Positions 30,501 through 37,608 of a stretch of DNA of 64,000 nucleotides are shown one piece after another. The notes under the pieces were generated by a model. The model saw nothing but the letters and a program-made list of their open reading frames with translations. It made no database searches and was not told where the DNA came from. Every line of letters starts with the position of its first letter. Position 1 is the first letter of the stretch. Origin of the DNA: Gammaproteobacteria bacterium. Lineage in GTDB: Bacteria; Pseudomonadota; Gammaproteobacteria; Natronospirales; REEB76. The stretch covers positions 2,710 to 66,709 of the forward strand of contig DAHUYB010000035.1 of assembly GCA_027315405.1 (NCBI GenBank), written 5' to 3'. The translations under genes were made by a program, and so were the position numbers.

Positions 30501-31383
30501 CGATATCTGGCTCGATGGCGACGTGACCATCCCGCACGCCAAAATCCAGCCGCGCGATCTCAGCCAGACCGCAGGCGTGTCGCCCGATCAGGTGATCGTC
30601 GGCGCCGGCAGCCAGCCACCGCAGGAAAAATGGCGCGTGCACACCAAGGTGCGCGCGGTTATGGGTCCGGATGTGAATTTTTCCGGTTTCGGCTTGAGCG
30701 GACGCATCACCGGCAGCGTTGAGGCGGTGGACGAGCCGGGGCACTACACCACCGGCAACGGCGCGCTGCAAATCGCAGGTGGCAAATTCGCCGCCTACGG
30801 CCAGAAACTCAACATCGAGCGCGGCCGGCTGCTGTTCAACGGCAGTTCCATTGACAATCCGGCGCTGGATATCCGCGCTATCCGCCCGCCGGCGCATCCC
30901 GTCAGCGTGGCCCCGAGCGCCACTGAGCAGAAGGTCGGCGTGGTTGTGCGCGGCAACCTGCACCATCCGAAAATCTCGCTGTTCGCCGAGCCGCCTTTAC
31001 CGCAATCGCAATTGCTGGCTTATCTGCTGACAGGCCAGACCGGCGTGAACCAGAACCTCTCGCCGCTCATCGGCGCGCCGCCCACCACCGCCTCGGATGT
31101 GACGCAACTCGCAGGTGGACAGGTGCTGGCTTCGGAGATCGGCCAGCAGATCGGCGTCCAGGACGTGAGCGTGCAGAACGTCTCGCTTGCCAACGGCACC
31201 AGTGCCCCGGCCATGTTCCTCGGCAAATATCTTTCGCCGCGGCTCTACATCAGCTACGGCGTGGGCTTCACCCAGCCGATCAACACCCTGCGCATCCAGT
31301 ACACCTTGAGCACCCGCTGGATGCTGGAAGCGGAAACCGGCTTCGCCAGCGGCGCGGATCTGATTTATTCCATAGAACGCTGA
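27517..31383 (+). CDS. tamB: translocation and assembly module inner-membrane subunit TamB
   Basis: GTGA overlap with tamA. N-terminal TM anchor. 1288 aa. DUF490-type C-terminus (YLSPRLYISYGVGF...LEAETG). Confidence 0.85.
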   Translation: MIKRIVIAAIALLILLIAGTLLFALHSTSVLRWGVEKVAARYPGELVIGGVNGTFSSPIMLSNVQVHAASFDAHIQTLTLAWRPWALLTRHADLTRLELNGVDLALKSTGEHQPFRFVRPRPPHLPVTLALHKLTVRALQVSAPGWSQPLIVDQASLAAQLDNRAWVLSALRASGAHVQVQGHGVWQFQHGDQVNAQLQWQLGLPQLPPFAGEARVQGDDQAMQLHGTLRAPFQLQLAVEVRELFTAPTWSGTLNFSGLEPQRLRSSWPELSANGELQVQGTPQATVLSGGVNAREPKYGLWQSRVDLRLTSRMLQIHTLGLTRASTGTRFNLSGQVQYADGRVEPALHGEWRVLPLPLTGKPWFVSPRGKLEVRTQGQQVLLSLDGSLSNNGRFKADGNVSMNAPHAWRLTASAQKFQATVASFNHDQPLPPMNLQFRGHGDTSTTRVDRFTATWLEGRIQAQGRIAHGGSQPWQFGLTARHINPAALYPEFPGALNFTARLSGRLSPRTTWNVKLSKLDGELRNVPVQASGSMSHGAEIWQFQSVVVQSGDNRLQLNGQYGKQTHFAWKLDAPDLASLWPEVQGNLNSSGQADFSGAAPALAFTLHGKGLHYREDRLDRLNAQINLQGTSPTSHASLHAAGMEIGKLKIDSVEAEATGSLASHDLKLALNSPVGNIQIAGSGAYANRTWQGKLVDITLSPLGAGNWKNSTPWQPRIAEAHFSLPQACVAQAEARICLKADWQPKRWQADAFIAAVPTRDLQALLPEGLDYQGSFGGTLHIREINGQRNLGLAASLSSGAIHSVINRRRVTLLAYTSGDFNLRSNAQLTTGQLNWTLADGGYLHIRSQIAHDKKLSLSGNIQGELRDFQLIPALVPAVSVVNGKLQVKLALSGTPSDPLFDGTASLSDGAVSVPRYGLRISDIALNLKGDGRHLTLDGSAHSGNGSVDWASSATRNSNVWQAEGKLSGTNFQVVNTLEAQVEVSPALDVKLNNRDIWLDGDVTIPHAKIQPRDLSQTAGVSPDQVIVGAGSQPPQEKWRVHTKVRAVMGPDVNFSGFGLSGRITGSVEAVDEPGHYTTGNGALQIAGGKFAAYGQKLNIERGRLLFNGSSIDNPALDIRAIRPPAHPVSVAPSATEQKVGVVVRGNLHHPKISLFAEPPLPQSQLLAYLLTGQTGVNQNLSPLIGAPPTTASDVTQLAGGQVLASEIGQQIGVQDVSVQNVSLANGTSAPAMFLGKYLSPRLYISYGVGFTQPINTLRIQYTLSTRWMLEAETGFASGADLIYSIER

Positions 31384-31388
31384 TCAAG

Positions 31389-32224
31389 ATGCAACTGCCG
31401 GAAAATATCGAGTGCAAAAAAATGATTGACTTTCGCGAACATCTAAGGCGGCAGCTAGCTTTTTACCAAGGTCGGCTGCGGCATACGATACGGGTTGTCT
31501 GGATGAGGCATACCGTATAGCAACGGCTATTCGTGTATTAATTCACAATACGAGTAAATCAACTTCACTCCCGCATCATCTCAATACTGACTCGATACCA
31601 CTCTTATCTACTACAGAGCCAGCATCGTGGAAAGCAATATTTTATGATGGTATGAATCTCATTCAAGTTGCCAGCTCAGCCAATGTAGTCACTATTAGGC
31701 CGGTCCTTGATTTATCTCCTACGCGCCGGTTTATATCGGTACGTGACTGGTGGACAGGAGAAATCTATGTTCACGGTCAAACGAGGTTGTGCCGCAAAAA
31801 TATTGTTCTTTTTGCAGCCAATCAAGCTGGCGGCGCTCATGTGGATCACTCTTTGGATATCGAATACGTAAAGTTCAAACAAGGTATCTTGTTCAAGCCC
31901 AATAACTCCAATGCTTCCGCTACCGTACCGGAACCCCAACTTGTCTTCTTGCGCCAGATGGCATTTGAAGTTTTGAACAGTCCGGCACTAGATAACTTGG
32001 TCCTATACGGCAGGGTTTTAGACATCAACAATGTCTTCACTCCACCTACCCAAAGATGGAAACCGCCTGCTACTTCCGAAGTGGACCTGAAGCAAATGTC
32101 TTATGCCAAATGTAGATCGCCCCCGCACTGTTGTTTCAGAAAATCATTTCAGGTTACTTGGCAAGTTGTACCATTCTTCTCTCGGCAGTGCCACCAATCC
32201 TCTCGGGTGCTATCAAGTAGCTAA
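31389..32224 (+). pseudogene. frameshifted gene of unknown function in a low-GC islet
   Basis: ATG 31389 opens MQLPENIECKKMIDFREHLRRQLAF. After the T5 run (31460-31464) the sensible reading moves to the frame of ORF 31652-32224 (LPRSAAAYDTGCLDEAYRIATAIRVLIHNTSKSTS...). The first frame stops at 31518-31520. Confidence 0.55.
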
Positions 32225-32394
32225 GCAAACTGGTTACTCATAGTCGCTTAGACGCTGTTAGACGCTGGTTGCAACCTCTTCTAGTAGAAAATCTAATTAC
32301 AAGATTGCACAGTAGCCAAGACCTCTGCGAGATTACTGGAAGGGGGCGTGCATTCGTAGCAAGAATTATTGAAATTGGCCAATAATCCCATCGC

Positions 32395-33063
32395 TTAGGC
32401 CAGCACGCTCAGCAGCCACGTACGCATGTGCTGGATTTCTTCCGGATGCACCGCATGCGGCATGGGATAGGTATGCCAGAGGATGGAACAGCCGCGTGCC
32501 ATGAGTGCCTTGCGGGTATGCTCAGCGAGCGCTAGCGGTACCACCGGGTCCTGGGTGCCATGAGCGTAGAAAATCGGCGTGGTTCCGTTGGCTGCACTCA
32601 GCTGCACATCGAATCCTTCGGTCAGCGGCAAATAGGTGGATAGCGCTATGATGCCGGCGAGCTTTTCTTTATATTGCAGACCGGTGTAGAGGGCCACGGC
32701 GCCGCCCTGAGAAAACCCCGCCAGCACGATGCGCGCCGCCGGAATGCCGCGCTGATGCTCGCGCGCAATCAGGCCTTCGAGCGCGGCGCGCGAAGCCAGC
32801 ATGCCGTCGCGGTCACGCGGTTGATTCAGGCCGATCTTGACGATATCAAACCAGGCGCGCATCGGATAACCGTTGTTCAACGTCACCGGTCGCACCGGCG
32901 CGTGCGGGAATACGAAGCGCACCGGCAGCGTGGCGGGCAGCGCCAATTGCGGCACGATGGGCTCGAAATCGTGGCCGTCGGCCCCCAGACCGTGCAGCCA
33001 GATGACGCTGGCCACCGGCGACGCGCCGGTTTCCAGTTCCACGCATTCGGGCAGGTTCGCCAT
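32395..33063 (-). CDS. carboxylesterase/phospholipase-family alpha/beta hydrolase
   Basis: VIWLHGLGADGHDF, the nucleophile elbow GFSQGG and a C-terminal His motif (PMPHAV). Start at ATG 33063. Confidence 0.85.
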   Translation of the reverse strand: MANLPECVELETGASPVASVIWLHGLGADGHDFEPIVPQLALPATLPVRFVFPHAPVRPVTLNNGYPMRAWFDIVKIGLNQPRDRDGMLASRAALEGLIAREHQRGIPAARIVLAGFSQGGAVALYTGLQYKEKLAGIIALSTYLPLTEGFDVQLSAANGTTPIFYAHGTQDPVVPLALAEHTRKALMARGCSILWHTYPMPHAVHPEEIQHMRTWLLSVLA

Positions 33064-33120
33064 CGTGCTCTCCGTTAGAATGGGGGTGCGATTGTAGCGA
33101 AGAAACAATCATTTTCCTTG

Positions 33121-33164
33121 TCCCCTCGCCCCCCCCTGAAGGGGGAGAGGGAAGGGTGAGGGGA
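33121..33164. repeat. palindromic G/C-tract element TCCCCTCGCCCCCCCCTGAAGGGGGAGAGGGAAGGGTGAGGGGA
   Basis: Nested complementary arms (TCCCCTC/GAGGGGA, CCCCC/GGGGG) in the divergent promoter region between the esterase and SDR genes. Shares the GGGTGAGGGG core with two other loci. Confidence 0.6.
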
Positions 33165-33171
33165 AATTACT

Positions 33172-33930
33172 TTGAATTTCTCGAACAAAATCATTCTCAT
33201 CACCGGCGCTGCCCGCGGCATCGGCCGGGCCACGGCCGAAGCCTTTGCCCGCCTCGGCGGCATGGTGGCGGTGCATTACCACACCAGCCGCAAACCGGCG
33301 GAACAGCTCGTTCGGACATTGGCCGGCAAGAATCACCGCGCCTTCGGCGCCGATCTCACCGATCCTGCTGCCTGCGAATCACTGATCAACGACGTGATGA
33401 AGCATTACGGCCGGCTGGACGTACTGGTGAACAACGCCGGCATCTACGACGTGAAACCGCTCAGGGATTTGAGTTACGCCGATTGGCAGAGGACCTGGGA
33501 AACCACCCTAGGCGCGAATCTCCTCGGCCCCGCGAATCTGTGCTTTCTGGCCGCGAAAATCATGATGCAGCAAAGCAGCGGCCACATCATCAACATCTCC
33601 TCCCGCGGCGCGTTCCGCGGCGAGCCGGAGGCCCTGCCCTACGGCGCCTCCAAGGCAGGCCTGAACCAGCTGTCGCAATCCCTCGCCCAGGCGCTCGCGC
33701 CCTGGAACATTTTCGTGGGCGTGGTGGCGCCGGGATTCGTGCGCACCGACATGGCCGCGGAACTGCTGGACGGCCCGCAGGGCGAAGCCATTCGCAAGCA
33801 AAGCCCACTCAACCGCGTGGCCACGCCGGAGGAAATCGCCGAAGCCGTGATCCGGCTCGCGGCCGACGGCATGCTCTATGCTACCGGCTGCATTCTGGAT
33901 GTGAACGGCGCGTCGTATTTGCGCAGTTGA
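33172..33930 (+). CDS. SDR-family oxidoreductase (FabG-like)
   Basis: TGAARGIGRA cofactor motif, NNAG, and the catalytic YGASKAG (YxxxK). TTG start. Confidence 0.85.
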   Translation: MNFSNKIILITGAARGIGRATAEAFARLGGMVAVHYHTSRKPAEQLVRTLAGKNHRAFGADLTDPAACESLINDVMKHYGRLDVLVNNAGIYDVKPLRDLSYADWQRTWETTLGANLLGPANLCFLAAKIMMQQSSGHIINISSRGAFRGEPEALPYGASKAGLNQLSQSLAQALAPWNIFVGVVAPGFVRTDMAAELLDGPQGEAIRKQSPLNRVATPEEIAEAVIRLAADGMLYATGCILDVNGASYLRS

Positions 33931-33946
33931 ACAAGGAACTTTGATT

Positions 33947-34657
33947 ATGGAATGGATCACGGACCCGGGCGTATGGGCGGCACTGGTGACGCTCACGGCG
34001 CTGGAAATCGTCCTCGGTATCGACAACATTATCTTCATATCCATCGTCACCGGACGCCTGCCGCAGGCGCGCCAGGCTGCCGCCCGTCAACTGGGCCTGA
34101 CGCTGGCGGTGGTCATGCGGCTGGCGCTGCTCGCCACGATCTTCTGGCTGTCGCGGCTCAGCGCGCCGCTGTTCAGCCTGTTCGAGCAGCCCTTTTCGCT
34201 GCGCGACCTGGTGCTGATCGGCGGCGGCCTGTTCCTGCTCGCCAAGAGCACGCTGGAAATCCATAGCGATATCGAGGACAGTGCCGCACCGCGCACCGCC
34301 GGCGCGCGCCTGTCGCTGGCCTCGGCGGTGGTGCAGATCGCACTGCTCGACATCGTGTTCTCGTTCGATTCCGTGATCACCGCCATCGGTATGTCGGACC
34401 GGCTGTTCATCATGGCCGCGGCTATCATCATCGCCGTGGGCTGCATGCTGCTGTACGCCGGCGCCGTAAGCCGCTTCGTGCAGCGTCATCCCACCCTCAA
34501 GATGCTGGCGCTCGCATTTCTGATCCTCATCGGCGTGGCGCTAATCGCCGACGGCATCGGTCTGCACATCCCCAAGGGCTACATCTACTTCGCCATGGCT
34601 TTCGCCTTCGGCGTGGAAATGCTGAACCTGCGGCTGCGGTGCAGGCACACACCGTGA
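33947..34657 (+). CDS. TerC-family integral membrane protein
   Basis: LEIVLGIDNIIFISIV and FSFDSVITAIGM are the paired TerC motifs. AAGGAA lies 8 nt upstream of ATG 33947. Confidence 0.85.
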   Translation: MEWITDPGVWAALVTLTALEIVLGIDNIIFISIVTGRLPQARQAAARQLGLTLAVVMRLALLATIFWLSRLSAPLFSLFEQPFSLRDLVLIGGGLFLLAKSTLEIHSDIEDSAAPRTAGARLSLASAVVQIALLDIVFSFDSVITAIGMSDRLFIMAAAIIIAVGCMLLYAGAVSRFVQRHPTLKMLALAFLILIGVALIADGIGLHIPKGYIYFAMAFAFGVEMLNLRLRCRHTP

Positions 34658-35364
34658 AAGCGCTTCCCGTTATGCTCTCCTGGAGCGGCGGCAAAGACAG
34701 CGCCCTGGCGCTGCACGTCCTGCGCCAAGATGCGCACTACGAAGTGCAAGCGCTGCTCACCAGCGTGAACCAGCATTACGGCCGCATCAGCATGCACGGG
34801 GTGCGCGAGGCCTTGCTGGATGCCCAGGCGGAATCCATCGGTCTGCCGCTGCACAAGATTAAATTGTCCGAGCGTCCGTCGAACGAAGAATACGAACAGA
34901 AAATGCGCGTGGCGCTGGAAGGGTTCAGGGCCGGCGGTATCCGGCACGTGGCGTTCGGCGATCTGTTCCTGGAGGATATTCGCCAATACCGCCTGGACAG
35001 CATGCGCAAGATGGACATGGAATGCGTGTTTCCGCTCTGGCACCGGCCCACGGACAAACTGGCACGCGAATTCATTGCCCTGGGATTCAAGGCGGTGCTC
35101 TGCTGCGTGGATGGGCAGGCACTGGCCGCGGAATTCGCCGGTCGCGAGTATGATGGCGCGTTGCTGCACGATCTGCCCGCCGGCGTGGATCCCTGCGGCG
35201 AGCACGGCGAATTTCACACTTTCGTGTATGCCGGTCCGGTGTTCCGCAAACCCGTGGCCTTCACGCGCGGTGAGCGCGTGCGCCGCGACGACCGGTTTCA
35301 TTTCTGCGACCTGCTTGCAGCGGAGAATCCCCATGAACATCTGGCGACGGCCGATCACGGTTGA
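34654..35364 (+). CDS. PP-loop ATP-binding protein (adenine nucleotide alpha hydrolase, MJ0570/Dph6-related)
   Basis: SWSGGKDS PP-loop near the N-terminus. GTG 34654 overlaps the TerC stop (GTGA). GTG 34639 is an alternative start. Confidence 0.65.
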   Translation: MKALPVMLSWSGGKDSALALHVLRQDAHYEVQALLTSVNQHYGRISMHGVREALLDAQAESIGLPLHKIKLSERPSNEEYEQKMRVALEGFRAGGIRHVAFGDLFLEDIRQYRLDSMRKMDMECVFPLWHRPTDKLAREFIALGFKAVLCCVDGQALAAEFAGREYDGALLHDLPAGVDPCGEHGEFHTFVYAGPVFRKPVAFTRGERVRRDDRFHFCDLLAAENPHEHLATADHG

Positions 35365-35770
35365 CGAACTCAATCAATATCAGCAGCACACCCTGGTGAC
35401 GCATCTTGGCATCCGTTACACGGAAGTCGGCGAGGATTACCTCCAGGCCACGATGCCGGTGGATGCGCGCACCAAACAACCCGCCGGTATTCTGCACGGC
35501 GGCGCCTCGGCGGCGCTCGCCGAAACCCTGGGCTCCACCGGCGCGAATCTGGTGGTGGATCGCGCGAAAACGCTGTGCGTGGGATTGGAACTGAACTGCA
35601 ACCACATCCGCGCCATGCGTGAAGGTCAGGTCACCGGCACGGCACGGCCGCTGCACATCGGCAAAACCACTCAGGTGTGGGAAATCAGGATCACCGACGA
35701 TCGGGAACGTCTGGTGTGCGTGTCGCGGATTACCATGGCGGTGCTGGACAGGTCCAACTTCCAAAGTTGA
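35333..35770 (+). CDS. PaaI-family hotdog-fold thioesterase
   Basis: QPAGILHGGASAALAETLGS and GKTTQVWEIRI motifs. 145 aa. Overlaps the preceding gene by 32 nt. Confidence 0.8.
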   Translation: MNIWRRPITVDELNQYQQHTLVTHLGIRYTEVGEDYLQATMPVDARTKQPAGILHGGASAALAETLGSTGANLVVDRAKTLCVGLELNCNHIRAMREGQVTGTARPLHIGKTTQVWEIRITDDRERLVCVSRITMAVLDRSNFQS

Positions 35771-35858
35771 TATCCGGCATTCCGCTTCGAACAAGTGCGG
35801 TTGCCGACAATCGCCGAAGATATCTGACCCGCTCAGCGAATCATGCGGAACCGCGGAG

Positions 35859-36410
35859 CTATTTGTATCTATCCGATTTCGAAGCCGCCGGAGTTCTTCG
35901 GGTCCAGCCGCGCAACCACTCCAGGAATCCGCCCCTTTGGTGTTCACGCCGGTAGGCTTTCGATGCCAGGCCGCCGGCGACGGTAATATCCAGGTCCGGA
36001 ACCAGCCCCAGCACGCTGTCTTTCGGCTCACAGGCATGGAAATACAGCACCATGGGCGGATTTTTCGTATCGTAAGTGGATTTGCCGATGCGATGTGTCA
36101 ACAGCATGTGCGGCGCGATCTCGCTGTCGGCAGCGATACGCGCGATTTCGGCTTCGGAAGCCACCACAAAATCCAGGGTAACCACCCGGCCGTTGGTGCG
36201 AAAAATCTTCACGGCGGTGATCTCCACCAGACGTTCGCGCTGTTCGCGTCCAAATACGGTCTTTTCGTCCCAGGCGATGACGCGATCGCCCACTTTGAGG
36301 TCCGCGCCGTAGGGGCAGAACAGGCATTGTGCTGAGTTGACGTTGCGCACATAACTCGGCAGGCGCGCCGATCCACGCGGGCGGTGCTTTCTCTTGCTCC
36401 ACAGAGTCAT
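35859..36410 (-). CDS. hypothetical protein (183 aa)
   Basis: Clean ORF with GGAG 7 nt upstream of ATG 36410. No family recognised (basic N-terminus KRKHRPRGSARLPSY, CLFCPYG). Confidence 0.5.
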   Translation of the reverse strand: MTLWSKRKHRPRGSARLPSYVRNVNSAQCLFCPYGADLKVGDRVIAWDEKTVFGREQRERLVEITAVKIFRTNGRVVTLDFVVASEAEIARIAADSEIAPHMLLTHRIGKSTYDTKNPPMVLYFHACEPKDSVLGLVPDLDITVAGGLASKAYRREHQRGGFLEWLRGWTRRTPAASKSDRYK

Positions 36411-36584
36411 CGCTATTCTCCATTCCCCCGAGCCGCCAAACGGCTTCCATGACACACGTCATCGTCCACGTTTCCTGACAGCAGCAGGCGCAAATTCAAT
36501 CAACAATCGGATGTTAGAAGGAACGGTAGTTTAACATAAAGTGATTCAGGAAACCCTTGCGACATCGCATATAAGGACGGGGTA

Positions 36585-37256
36585 TTACCAATGTGCCACG
36601 GCCTGCTGCGCCGCTGCATTCTCCGGCCGCGCCAGCAACCCGGTGGTGCTAAGCGTCACCTGATATTCGGCCCCGTCCGCCATCGGCAGATAGGTGGCGC
36701 TGCCGTAACTGGCGTCCACCCACGGCAGCCATCGGCCATAGCGTTGCATCAACCACCAGCTATCCGGCCAAGTGTCTGGCTTCAGGGAGATGGCGCTGTG
36801 GATTGCGCTGCGCTCCTCTGCCACAGCGCGATAACGGCCGCTGAGACGCTCCAGGCGATAACGGCTTTGGAGTCCCAGCAACGTGGCAAACCCGCGCCAT
36901 TTGATGACGCGCGCATCCAACTGCCACTCGTCGCCATGCAGGTTTGTTTCGATCACGCGGCCCGCCGCGTCCCTGAGCCGGGCATGAAAATACTGCGGGC
37001 CGAGAGCATTGAAGCGCAGGGTGGCCACCAACTGTTCATGGGTCAGGGCAAAATACGTGCGCAGATCCAGCGCCACTACGCCAATGGCAGCCACCACCAC
37101 CAGCAATACCAAGCCCGCAAGACTGCGGCTCGGGCCGTTGAAAAACCGGCCCTGCAACAACCGGGCGAAGCCGCTGAAGAACAAGATCAGACCAATGACC
37201 GCCGTGATCACCAGCACCGCACCGCACAGATACAGCGTGATTCTCGAGCCGTCCAT
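36585..37256 (-). CDS. hypothetical membrane-anchored protein (223 aa)
   Basis: Two N-terminal TM helices (ITLYLCGAVLVITAVIGLILFF, LAGLVLLVVVAAIGVVAL) followed by a soluble domain of about 150 aa. No motif recognised. Confidence 0.55.
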   Translation of the reverse strand: MDGSRITLYLCGAVLVITAVIGLILFFSGFARLLQGRFFNGPSRSLAGLVLLVVVAAIGVVALDLRTYFALTHEQLVATLRFNALGPQYFHARLRDAAGRVIETNLHGDEWQLDARVIKWRGFATLLGLQSRYRLERLSGRYRAVAEERSAIHSAISLKPDTWPDSWWLMQRYGRWLPWVDASYGSATYLPMADGAEYQVTLSTTGLLARPENAAAQQAVAHW

Positions 37257-37353
37257 TTCCGACTCCGGTTTGGAACACCAACCCTCACTTTAGCATGGGC
37301 TTCGGGGAGGTCTGCGCGTAGGCGCAGCCAGCGATAATGTTTATACTTGCAGC

Positions 37354-37575
37354 ATGCGTACACTGCTGGTGACCTGCCTCGCCGTTATTGTGCTCCCGGC
37401 CCTGCTGACCGGTTGCGGTCAGAAAGGGCCGCTGTACCTGCCGGTGACGCCACCGCGTACCATTCCTGTCATGCCGCCGGTGGCAACTACCGCCAAACCG
37501 CCAACCACCGCCAGACCACCGCTCCAGGCACAACCCCACAGCCCGTACCCTGCCGCCACGAAACCAGGGGTATGA
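37354..37575 (+). CDS. lptM: LPS-assembly lipoprotein LptM (YifL)
   Basis: Lipobox LLTGC followed by the conserved GQKGPLYLP. 73 aa with a Pro/Thr-rich tail. Directly upstream of lysA. Confidence 0.8.
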   Translation: MRTLLVTCLAVIVLPALLTGCGQKGPLYLPVTPPRTIPVMPPVATTAKPPTTARPPLQAQPHSPYPAATKPGV

Positions 37576-37608
37576 GCACCGCCGGACCCGGCGCGGTGCC
37601 TTTTCCGT

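Noticed and set aside
27724-30966. Long minus-strand ORFs (413 aa and 352 aa) plus a 350-aa plus-strand alternative frame inside tamB
   Set aside because: All overlap the 1288-aa tamB reading frame. They have low-complexity Arg/Ala/Gly composition and no start context, so they are treated as GC-driven artefacts.
33156-33944. 262-aa alternative-frame ORF overlapping the SDR gene
   Set aside because: Arg/Pro/Gly-rich nonsense translation. The SDR frame has TGxxxGxG and YxxxK motifs.
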